Positions 8,236 to 16,433 of a stretch of 64,000 nt of DNA are shown here, piece by piece. The DNA is from an uncultured Eubacteriales bacterium (GTDB taxonomy: Bacteria; Bacillota; Clostridia; Oscillospirales; CAG-272). The position numbers and the translations under genes were made by a program. The notes beneath the pieces are model-generated. The model had not been told where the DNA came from. It worked only from the letters and a program-made list of their open reading frames with translations, and did no database searches. The DNA is taken from NCBI GenBank assembly GCA_900542425.1, contig UQNQ01000007.1:4119-68118 (forward strand). Reading direction: 5' to 3'. Numbering within the stretch: the first letter of the stretch is position 1; every line of letters begins with the position of its first letter.

Positions 8236-8696
8236 GAAGCAGCACCTCCTTGTATCACCTCAAATTTTGGGATTTTTTTATTTCCTCTTTTTTGAAGCAT
8301 TTTGCGACTTTCCTCAATGACTACCTTGCAGTAGTATTCTCCCAGATAGCCAATATGGGCTTTTGACAGCGGGGCGGAAAGCTAATCCGCAAGCCATTGG
8401 TAGGCGTCTTGTTTGCTCATCATTCCACTCAAATAGAGCTGATCAAAATACTGATGAGCAGTTCTTCTAAGTGTGCGCAGCTCATGATTTGCTAAGCTGC
8501 CAACAGGAATGGTGGTTCCGGTATGGACACGAACGTAAGCATCACATTCCGGATAATTTTTACATACATACAGCATCGTATTTTTATTGTTGTCTCGATA
8601 TATTCCATCTGCACTGCGCAAAATAGCAGGGCTGCCACAATAGGGGCATCGGATCTGAGTGTTGTTAACTCCCTTTCTTTTCTTCTTATTTTTCAT
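8232..8696 (-). pseudogene. DUF3268-type zinc-finger protein gene interrupted by an in-frame TAG (8384..8382)
   Basis: MKNKKKRKG..CPYCGS..CKNYPECDAY...QWLAD, then TAG, then LSAPLSKAHIGYLGEYYCKVVIEESRKML..GGAAS. The frame stays open for 49 more codons and ends in an ATGA overlap with the sigma gene start (8235..8232). Confidence 0.6.
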
Positions 8697-8950
8697 TGTC
8701 ACATTCCTCCGTATAAATACAAAAAGCCGGAAGGTCTGCAAAAAAATGCAGAGCTAAGGTATTGGAAAAATGTCCAAATCTTAACTCTGCAGTATTCAAG
8801 CAGCCTTCCGGCTTAATATTCAAAAATGGCTTGCGTCATTGTGGATCGCTCTGTGCGCTAATCCGTAACGGGTTCCACGCCTCTGTGCGGCATGTATGAC
8901 ACCGGGAGCTCTCCGATGTACCGAAAGCCTGGGCGCAAGCCCCTGCCACG
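8697..8950 (-). promoter_or_regulatory. Long structured 5' leader (candidate attenuator/riboswitch-like element) of the zinc-finger/sigma/signal-peptidase operon
   Basis: GC-rich island. An 8-bp helix pairs 8941-8934 with 8835-8828. Hairpins lie at 8919-8899 and 8894-8876. An 11-bp helix 8814-8804/8734-8724 plus U5 lies just 5' of the SD (8710-8706). Competing inner helices share 8748-8752. Confidence 0.5.
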
Positions 8951-8955
8951 GTTAT

Positions 8956-8984
8956 ATAATAGCACAGAGTTTTTATACTGTCAA
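8956..8984 (-). promoter_or_regulatory. Near-consensus sigma-70-type promoter
   Basis: Minus strand reads TTGACA(8984-8979)-17 nt-TATTAT(8961-8956), with a TGn extended -10. Confidence 0.65.
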
Positions 8985-9069
8985 GCCATTTTGAAAACTT
9001 TAACGCATTTTTTATTAAAAAGTTTTCAAATCTTTTATTCACTCGCAAATAAAAGTCAGTCTGGGATAT

Positions 9070-9603
9070 CTATTCATCATCTTCGTCGTCATAATCCTGT
9101 TGGGATTCCGCTGCTTCCTGGCGCTTTTTTACAAAATACAGTCCAATCAATCCACCGACAGCAATCAGCATACCACCGCCAAACAGGATAAGATGAACCA
9201 CCGGAATGCCTGCAATGGTATTGCTTTCGTCTTTTTCGGTTTCAGATTCTGTCTGTTCAGAGTTGCCTGTGGCAGAGGCTTGCTCAGGTTGTGGAACAGG
9301 AGCGCTTACTGAAGAATTCATGCATGACAGAACATAAGACTTGCTTCCTCCGATCTCAAGACGAAGAACACCGTCTTGGTCAACGGTTATAGTTCCTGGA
9401 TAAAGGCCGGCGTCTGTTTTCAATTGAAACTCAGTACCTGCCCAATCTACTCCCAATTGGACTTCGAGCTTTTCTGGTTCCATGACCTGCAGTTCTGTAC
9501 CGTCAGTGCCATCCTTGGCAAATACCGTCTGCGGAATGAGTACAGCGATTATTACGCAGACTAAACTTAGTATATATTGGAGATATCGTTTTTTTGATTT
9601 CAT
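9070..9603 (-). CDS. Secreted, C-terminally membrane-anchored protein of unknown function
   Basis: Start at MKSKKRYLQ (GGAGG SD) with signal peptide ..TVFA. C-terminal TM segment VVHLILFGGGMLIAVGGLIGLYF followed by an acidic tail DYDDEDDE. Confidence 0.6.
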   Translation of the reverse strand: MKSKKRYLQYILSLVCVIIAVLIPQTVFAKDGTDGTELQVMEPEKLEVQLGVDWAGTEFQLKTDAGLYPGTITVDQDGVLRLEIGGSKSYVLSCMNSSVSAPVPQPEQASATGNSEQTESETEKDESNTIAGIPVVHLILFGGGMLIAVGGLIGLYFVKKRQEAAESQQDYDDEDDE

Positions 9604-9667
9604 AACTGCCTCCGTTTCTTCCTTCTTTCTGGGTTTGCGCGAATGTAAATATGATTCGCTCAAAGAG

Positions 9668-9696
9668 CCGGTCCTTCTAAAAACTCAGAAGGACCG
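9668..9696 (-). terminator. Hairpin (weak terminator) downstream of the adhesin gene
   Basis: CCGGTCCTTCT(9668-9678)/AGAAGGACCGG(9686-9696). The U-tract on the minus strand is poor. Confidence 0.35.
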
Positions 9697-9719
9697 GTTT
9701 CTTAATGAGCGAGGGGTTA

Positions 9720-12700
9720 TTATTGGTCGTTTTTGGTTTTGCGGCGTTTTCTCAAGCATACAATGGTGGTACCTGCAATGCCAGTAAGTCCACAGATCAT
9801 AAGACCAATCCACAGACCGAGATTTGTTTCATCACCTGTTTTAGGTACATCTACTGTAGTCTTTTCATTGTACACATTAACCGTTAAGACCTCATCTGCT
9901 ACGATTTCTACGGTTACTGGATCCGCAATTTTATAATTGGCGCTGACGCTATTTTTCAGTTCGGTTACTACATATTCGCCGATGCGCAAATTCTCAATCA
10001 GGATTTCTCCAGATTCGTCGGTTACAAAGGTTTGATCATAACCATTTGGTCCGGTCACACGGAATTCAAAGCCCTTCTTCGTACCATCGGAAGAGGTCTT
10101 GATGATTTTCAGCGAACCCTTTTGTGCCTGGTTAATAAAGCCCTTGCCAGCTTCATTTTCGACCTCGTAGGTTTTTCCATCTGTATCAATCATGATATAG
10201 TATACGTTTTCGTCCAAAACGAACCCTGCTGGAGCCGTTTTTTCTCGCACGAGAACGCCGCCATAACGAATGTCGTTCATCTCATAGATTCCCTTCAGGG
10301 TTTCTTCCATGGTGCCAAGAAGTTCATCTTCGTCATCTAATTCCTTATTTCCGTTACTGTCTCGGAAAACTTCGAAAACTGCGCCTGACAATTTGTTTTC
10401 CGGAAAATCTGCATCATATTTTGTTAAATGCAGGTTACCGGTAATAAACTCATTTGCGATTTCGATTTCAATTACTTGTTTATCTTCGGTGATAGAAACC
10501 GGGAAGCTTTCATCACTGAGTACAAATCCTGTCGGCTGCGAAATTTCACGAATTACCCAATTTCCAAGAGGAATGTTCTTAAATGAAAAGCTGCCGTCAT
10601 CTGCAGAGGTTGTTGTCATGAGTGCATTTTCTTCCGTAAATTCTGTGCAATCCGGACGGAATAACCCAATGATTGCTCCGCCAAGGGCATTGCCGTCTTC
10701 ATCGACTTTTTTGCCTTGGATTTCGCCGCGCTTCAGAGTGTTATCGACTGCTGCACCATCATTTGCAGCGATTTCGATCAACGGAATATCTTGTCCGCCA
10801 TACTCAAATACAAATGGGTATTTCGCATCGCTAATGATGTAATGGTCATCAACAGACAGCTCCTGCAAATAATAGCTGCCTATTGGCAGGTCTGATGTGC
10901 AAACAGCGATTCCGTCTTCTGATACAGATACAACTTCAATCTGACCATCTGCGGGGATAATGCTTCCATCAGCTGCTGTAATGTCTTCTGCAGCAAACAA
11001 GCCGAAGGTAACAGAAGTGATTTCGCCGTTCATTCCAAGTCCGAACAGTTCATCCTGTTCCAAAGCCTTCTGAATGCTCACTTTTACTTTTTGACGTTCA
11101 TTATAGAATCCGGTCTCTGCTTCAGTAATTTCAACATCCTGACCTGCATATACAAGTTCCACTTCATGGATCTCATCATTGAGCACCATCGGATATGGAG
11201 CTTGTATCTCTTTCACATTGAATTTTCCAAGGTACAACTCTTTACTGGTAGCGATACCGCTTTCATCGGTTTCAATGGTATCCACAACTTCTCCTGCGGA
11301 GTAGCGGAGAGTACCATCCAAAGTGTAAATATCTTCAGCTGCTGTAATCTCATAAACAGCACCAGGGAGACCCTGCACAGAGTAGACAGGTTGATAGATT
11401 CCATCAGACTCAGTTACACTGGAGAACACTTCACCGGTCTTTTTAATATGAATGACGCCTTTTTGTGCGACATTGGACTTTTCTACTTCAATGATGGTTA
11501 CACCATCTTCTTCTGAGGAACCTTCCTCTGTCACATCAAAGTAAACCGGATCCGAGTTTACAACATAACCATATGGAGCATATACCTCAACTAAAGAATA
11601 CCCAGACCCGTATTCCAAAGGCTCCGGAGTAATCAGATAGCCTTTATCATTTGTGTAGAAAGTATCAATTGTGGTAACTTCCGGATAGGTGATTGTTTGA
11701 GTGATCTGAGTTCCATCCGGTTTGAAAAGTTGGAATCCGGCACCAGCATACGGAATAGTCTTGCCAGTCTCCGCATCTACTTTAATAATTTTGATATGGG
11801 ATTCAAACACCCTGTTGTTCAGGATATAGTGATAAGTTTGGCCATCTTTGGCGATGAACACGTCGAAGTCATCAATGAGGTCTCGGCCTTCCCATCCAGA
11901 TACTTGATGCACTGTATAAATGCCATAAGGGAGGTCTTTGGTTTTTGCATAGCCATTTTCATCACAGGTGAGAAAATCTCGTTCTGAATCAGCTGCTGCA
12001 TCATAAGAACCAGAAGATTTCAGATAAACCTGGAACTCTGCACCGCTTTCTGGTGTTTCAATTCCAGTTTCGCCGTCATCAGTGTGCTTAATCAATGCAA
12101 TGTTACCTTTTTGTACCTGTTCTTTTACATCATTGGCTGTTGTATTCAGTTCTACTGTATAAAGCTCAGGATCTGCTCCAACCGGATAGATTGTAGGATC
12201 CAACAGATAACCTTCGCTTGGATTGATTTCACGAATGGTCCAGTCCGTATCACATACATAATACCCAGTTGTAAAAGATCCATTGCTGTCAGTAGTAAAG
12301 CTGTCTACAAGTGTTTCTCCCTTGTAAAGTCCATAGGTAGCACCGGCAAGCGATGCATCTCCCTGTGCTTCACCAGTTTCCGCATCGCTTTTAGTAACCG
12401 TTACGCGGAACTTTTTGAGAACATTGTGTACAGATTGATTTGTTACTTCATTCCATTGAACAGTAGTGTTCTGTGCTTCGGGAATTACATAGCGAATCGC
12501 CGTATCTACCTCTTCCAGAATATACGGTGTGCTGCCAGAAATCAGGACATTGTCAAAAGTCGCAATACCGGAACTGTCGGTTACTGCATACTCATCAACA
12601 GGAATTCCCGCCAAAGAAGTGCCATACAAATGAAATTTCATACCTTCTGTAAGCCCATCTTCTGATGTCTTTGTAACTTTTAGGCTACCTCTTTTTAGAG

Positions 12701-13967
12701 TGTTATTAAATGTAACAGTGGATGTTTTTCCGCTGACAATCGTTACTCTCTGGACTTCCTGCGGCTCATACTTATCAATAACCTGTTCTGTCACAGTATA
12801 GACGCCAGGATTCAAATCACTGATATCGATGACGCCATCTTCATTGGTTGTTTTGACTTCGTGATAGCCTTCACCGGAAATCGTAAAACTGATTCCACTT
12901 ACTTTTCCATCTTCGGAAGTTTTCAGCAAATGCATATTTCCAACCATTATCTCAAGTTTCAAATAACCGGTTACAGGGTCAGAAACAGTGGCGCCATAGG
13001 TTGTAAAATCCTGCTTTCCTCCACCAATGTCACCATCGGACCAAATTACGACGCCTTTGCGTTCACCATTCTTTTTCTCTGCCATGATGCTGACTGCATC
13101 TTTGGGTGCTTCATTACAGCGGATTGTGAGCTTATTTCCGTTTACCTCAAATTTCATGCCGCTTGTACTGCTGGAGAAAGAATAGTTTCCTAATACGCCG
13201 TTTGTATCTGTTAAAGTAACAGAATAATCTGTGCCGTTCCATTTCAATTCGTAGGTATCAGCACTTCCGGAGCTTCTGGTAAAAAAGCTGGGCAGCATTG
13301 TGTGCTGCTGTACCTTTTTCTCCATATCCGTGTAATACTGGAAAATCAAATCGCGAAGAGGATGACTGCTTTTGATAGTGTCCTTAATATTATCTTTGCC
13401 TTGTGCATGTGCATCCACCTTATTGAACTGACTATCACGTTCACCTACGACTGTTTCCCAAATTAGAAGCTGCGTTGCAATATAATGTGCGACTTCTTTG
13501 GTATGAGTTGGGTTAGACATATCCCAGTTTGTTTCACCGTTACCTTGCCATCCATACTGCATAATGCGTCCGATATATGCTTTAATAACAGTCGGTGCAA
13601 TCGTAGGATTCAACTCGGAAGGATAGTTGTTCCAGAATGTTTCATCAAATCCATCGTACTGATCGCCGGTGTGGACACCAACGCCTGGCTCAATGCAGTA
13701 CATGGCTTTGCCTTCAAATGAATCTTGGAAATACATAGAATAACGCGATTTTTTCTCTCGTGTACTCCAATTGCCCATAAAATCCATAGCAGGGTGACCC
13801 CAGTCGCTGGGATTTGTTGAGTTATCTCCGCTTCTTGGTACATCAAGGATATAAGCCGTCATCTGTTTTGTGTCTGCAAATACTGTCGATGTCATTCCGG
13901 AGAAGACTCCCAGACTCATAACAATCGACATCAAAAACGATATGATTCGTTTTCCTTTACTCATCAT
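9720..13967 (-). CDS. Cell-wall-anchored adhesin: N-terminal thioester-type domain plus many SpaA/Cna-B-type repeats and a sortase signal
   Basis: Signal peptide present. AMYCIEPG (Cys) and YIATQLLIWE (Gln) match the thioester-domain pattern. Repeated GSLKVTKTSEDG / GxYxLxE(x)xAPxGY modules. C-terminal VPKTG plus a hydrophobic stretch plus RKRRK. Confidence 0.9.
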   Translation of the reverse strand: MMSKGKRIISFLMSIVMSLGVFSGMTSTVFADTKQMTAYILDVPRSGDNSTNPSDWGHPAMDFMGNWSTREKKSRYSMYFQDSFEGKAMYCIEPGVGVHTGDQYDGFDETFWNNYPSELNPTIAPTVIKAYIGRIMQYGWQGNGETNWDMSNPTHTKEVAHYIATQLLIWETVVGERDSQFNKVDAHAQGKDNIKDTIKSSHPLRDLIFQYYTDMEKKVQQHTMLPSFFTRSSGSADTYELKWNGTDYSVTLTDTNGVLGNYSFSSSTSGMKFEVNGNKLTIRCNEAPKDAVSIMAEKKNGERKGVVIWSDGDIGGGKQDFTTYGATVSDPVTGYLKLEIMVGNMHLLKTSEDGKVSGISFTISGEGYHEVKTTNEDGVIDISDLNPGVYTVTEQVIDKYEPQEVQRVTIVSGKTSTVTFNNTLKRGSLKVTKTSEDGLTEGMKFHLYGTSLAGIPVDEYAVTDSSGIATFDNVLISGSTPYILEEVDTAIRYVIPEAQNTTVQWNEVTNQSVHNVLKKFRVTVTKSDAETGEAQGDASLAGATYGLYKGETLVDSFTTDSNGSFTTGYYVCDTDWTIREINPSEGYLLDPTIYPVGADPELYTVELNTTANDVKEQVQKGNIALIKHTDDGETGIETPESGAEFQVYLKSSGSYDAAADSERDFLTCDENGYAKTKDLPYGIYTVHQVSGWEGRDLIDDFDVFIAKDGQTYHYILNNRVFESHIKIIKVDAETGKTIPYAGAGFQLFKPDGTQITQTITYPEVTTIDTFYTNDKGYLITPEPLEYGSGYSLVEVYAPYGYVVNSDPVYFDVTEEGSSEEDGVTIIEVEKSNVAQKGVIHIKKTGEVFSSVTESDGIYQPVYSVQGLPGAVYEITAAEDIYTLDGTLRYSAGEVVDTIETDESGIATSKELYLGKFNVKEIQAPYPMVLNDEIHEVELVYAGQDVEITEAETGFYNERQKVKVSIQKALEQDELFGLGMNGEITSVTFGLFAAEDITAADGSIIPADGQIEVVSVSEDGIAVCTSDLPIGSYYLQELSVDDHYIISDAKYPFVFEYGGQDIPLIEIAANDGAAVDNTLKRGEIQGKKVDEDGNALGGAIIGLFRPDCTEFTEENALMTTTSADDGSFSFKNIPLGNWVIREISQPTGFVLSDESFPVSITEDKQVIEIEIANEFITGNLHLTKYDADFPENKLSGAVFEVFRDSNGNKELDDEDELLGTMEETLKGIYEMNDIRYGGVLVREKTAPAGFVLDENVYYIMIDTDGKTYEVENEAGKGFINQAQKGSLKIIKTSSDGTKKGFEFRVTGPNGYDQTFVTDESGEILIENLRIGEYVVTELKNSVSANYKIADPVTVEIVADEVLTVNVYNEKTTVDVPKTGDETNLGLWIGLMICGLTGIAGTTIVCLRKRRKTKNDQ

Positions 13968-13993
13968 AAGTTCCTCCTTAAAATTTGCAAAAG

Positions 13994-14023
13994 AAAAAGA
14001 CCCATCATTTGATGAGTCTTTTT
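13994..14023 (-). terminator. Intrinsic terminator between the lipoprotein and adhesin genes
   Basis: Minus RNA forms AAGACUCAUC-AAA-GAUGGGUCUU followed by UUUUUCUUUU. Only ~26 nt remain before the adhesin ATG. Confidence 0.6.
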
Positions 14024-14038
14024 AGCATAGTGTTAAAT

Positions 14039-14731
14039 TTAAGCGTATCCAACAAAAATGTTGTATTCGTTGTTTCCCAAATCCTCCGTCCAAATCCAAA
14101 AAGCAGTAAAACCACTTTCTACATACCAATTTAAACGATCCCTCAAATCTCTCTCCAAAAACTTGCTGTCGGCATTCGCAAAGATGGGATCATCATTGCA
14201 AGCTGTTGCTGTAGAATCCAATTTCAAACCAATCTTCTGACCATACTTTTTGGCATCATCTAAATATGGACTGATGTCAAACGGTTTTTCTTCAGGTACA
14301 GACGGCTCAGGTGTTGATTCCGATGGCTCTGTTGGTTTCGATGTTGGAGGAGATGTTTCCTCGGGATTGGATGGTTGAGGCTTTTGTTCAGGCTTTTCCG
14401 CCGGTTGTGATTGTTTTGGTGGTTCTTTATCATTAGACGGTACTTGCGTATGGGAAGATGCAGGTGGTTTTTGGGTTCCTGAACCTTCAGATTTTTCAGC
14501 GGCGACGCTTTGACTGTCTGATACATCAGACTGGGTTTGTATATCTTCACCTGAGTCTGGTTGTTCTGATTCTAAACTGGAACTACTTTGTTCTTCAGAT
14601 GAGCTATCTTCTTCTGGCATAGATACAGACTGAGATGAACTGCCCGAATTTTCCTTATTCGGCTGATAGCCGGAACAGCTGCACAAAAGCAAGAATATAC
14701 AAACGAGTATTGGCAAAATGAATTTCTTCAT
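14039..14731 (-). CDS. Lipoprotein with an S/E/P-rich low-complexity linker
   Basis: Lipobox LLLCSC, long acidic and P/T/S-rich region, and a ~80-aa globular C-terminus. Confidence 0.7.
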   Translation of the reverse strand: MKKFILPILVCIFLLLCSCSGYQPNKENSGSSSQSVSMPEEDSSSEEQSSSSLESEQPDSGEDIQTQSDVSDSQSVAAEKSEGSGTQKPPASSHTQVPSNDKEPPKQSQPAEKPEQKPQPSNPEETSPPTSKPTEPSESTPEPSVPEEKPFDISPYLDDAKKYGQKIGLKLDSTATACNDDPIFANADSKFLERDLRDRLNWYVESGFTAFWIWTEDLGNNEYNIFVGYA

Positions 14732-14790
14732 ACTGTGATCCTCCTTGTGTCTTTACCTTATTACACCAGAGTATCACAAAAAATGCAACA

Positions 14791-15204
14791 TCAGTTTGCC
14801 AAAACTTGATATGCCCGATCTGCTTCATCAACACAGCGATTTAACATTTCGAAATATCTCTGCGGTGATATCTCCGTATCCAGCCACTGAGTTGCCCGAT
14901 AGGAATAACATCCTACCGACTCATTGATCGCATGACTCCCAAGTACGCTCTTCAGATTCAGTTCATTGACCATCTTTTTCTTTTTGGCAGAACTAACATG
15001 CTGAATAGATCGTGCAAGACAGATCACCATCAATGGATGAAGCGCAGAAAAGGATATCTGCAGATAATAGTCTCGGTAACCAAGCATAATGGATGTATCA
15101 TCTTGGTCATCCGCGGACATTTCATTTAGAATCATACTGCGTGTATGCTCTGCGATGGTCTTTCTACGCTCCTGTTCTTCTTTGCTCAGCTCACAATACT
15201 CCAT
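14791..15204 (-). CDS. Hypothetical protein (possibly YbjN/chaperone-like)
   Basis: Start at MEYCELSK. No motif I can assign firmly. Confidence 0.45.
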   Translation of the reverse strand: MEYCELSKEEQERRKTIAEHTRSMILNEMSADDQDDTSIMLGYRDYYLQISFSALHPLMVICLARSIQHVSSAKKKKMVNELNLKSVLGSHAINESVGCYSYRATQWLDTEISPQRYFEMLNRCVDEADRAYQVLAN

Positions 15205-15242
15205 ACTTTTATCACCTCCCACTCTAAATTTCAGTTGAAAAA

Positions 15243-16412
15243 TTATCTTGGTGCAGCAATATGGGTAATCGCACCCCAGATACGATTGCTCTCCATATTG
15301 AGACCGAGAATTCTAACAGTGACGCGCGCTCCTCTCGGAGGACGACCGCGTTTCGGATAGCTGCAGAGGCAATCTACACCTCCATCAAGTGCGACAAACA
15401 CGCCTGTTGTATCTACCATACTGACCGTTCCAACATAGCGATTTCCAACAGAAAATCTTCTCAAAGCTTTTTCATAAGGATTTTCTCCTGCCTGTTTGAC
15501 CGACGCACTGGCTTTGATATGATTTCGGTCACTACGGTCAATGCTTAGAATCTTAACGAGGACACGCTGTCCAGGCTGAAACTGCGAAGAAGCATCCAGT
15601 AGCCTTTGATAACTCAATTCTCTGAGAGGAATGTAAATTTCAAGACCAAACAAATCTACAAAAATGCCGGCGCGAATTACAGAAACGATTCTTGCTTCTG
15701 CACACACTCCTTCATAAAGAATGTTATTTCCGTCTCTATCAGTACCGAAATAATATTCCTTGCGTTTGGCGGCCATTGCCTCCAGCCTGCTGGCAACTGC
15801 AACACCTGACTGAGGATCAATGCCTTTAACGATATAATCCACCTCTGCACCGAGGCGTTTTGTCAATGTGTAATGCATGACATCTTCTTGAGATCGTCCA
15901 CGATTATCCTCAGGTGGAAGAACAGCTTCTTCTGCCGGAATGATGACCTTGAAGTCGCCGTGGTAAATGACTGCGAGAGAACGGGAGGGGTTATCCTCAG
16001 GCTGTTCAACACCTTGAATCGTGCCGGTCAGGATCTTCTGCGTTTTCATAGACTCAATCAAATCCAACAGATCATTCCTGGCTTTGTCAGCTTCCGTTTC
16101 GACCGTGCGATGCTCATCAATTGAAAGAACATTTACAGCGGTTCTGGTATTTGCGCGTTTCCGTCTGGTAGTTGTTTTGACCTCCTTTTCCTCTGTATCA
16201 GACTCAGATTTTGGAGTCCTGGTCCTCCGGGACCTTCGTGGTTTCTCTTCTGATTCTGTTTCAGTTTGGGAAACAGTGCCCGATTCTTCGCCTTCGACGC
16301 CGTCTTCCGGCATTCTTGCTTCAGAATTCTCCGATTCCAAGTCAGTCTGGGAATCAGAAGAATTTTCCTGAGGCAACTGCTCCAGCTCTGTTTCGTTTCT
16401 TTTGGTTTCCAT
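15243..16412 (-). CDS. Protein with a charged disordered N-terminus and three S1/OB-fold-like domains
   Basis: ILTGTIQGVE.., EGVCAEARIVSVIRAGIFVDLFGLEIYIPLRELS.. and VGNRYVGTVSMVDTTGVFVAL.. resemble S1 domain starts. Confidence 0.65.
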   Translation of the reverse strand: METKRNETELEQLPQENSSDSQTDLESENSEARMPEDGVEGEESGTVSQTETESEEKPRRSRRTRTPKSESDTEEKEVKTTTRRKRANTRTAVNVLSIDEHRTVETEADKARNDLLDLIESMKTQKILTGTIQGVEQPEDNPSRSLAVIYHGDFKVIIPAEEAVLPPEDNRGRSQEDVMHYTLTKRLGAEVDYIVKGIDPQSGVAVASRLEAMAAKRKEYYFGTDRDGNNILYEGVCAEARIVSVIRAGIFVDLFGLEIYIPLRELSYQRLLDASSQFQPGQRVLVKILSIDRSDRNHIKASASVKQAGENPYEKALRRFSVGNRYVGTVSMVDTTGVFVALDGGVDCLCSYPKRGRPPRGARVTVRILGLNMESNRIWGAITHIAAPR

Positions 16413-16433
16413 CTAAGAGTTCCTCCTTGTAAA

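Noticed and set aside
8382-8384. TAG as a recoded sense codon (pyrrolysine or a reassigned genetic code)
   Set aside because: TAG terminates other well-defined genes in the same element (for example the nucleotidyltransferase at 2548-2546). No pyl genes are visible. A nonsense mutation or low-level read-through is more likely.
8876-8941. Possible ZTP or c-di-GMP riboswitch, suggested by GCCUGGGCG / CGAAAG-like strings on the + strand
   Set aside because: The strings only partly resemble the consensus I remember. The order of elements does not fit. No + strand gene lies downstream, and the promoter and terminator are on the minus strand.
8836-9048. 70-aa minus-strand ORF (and the 8892-9191 + ORF) in the gap between the membrane protein and zinc-finger genes
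   Set aside because: It has no SD and spans the promoter and the structured GC-rich leader. The region is better explained as non-coding regulatory RNA.
14260-14550. 96-aa alternative-frame ORF inside the lipoprotein gene (similarly 16133-16546, 54684-55063 and 48542-48775)
   Set aside because: These are frame artefacts generated by low-complexity or repeat-rich coding sequence. They are extremely basic (K/R/Q/N-rich) with no start signals.
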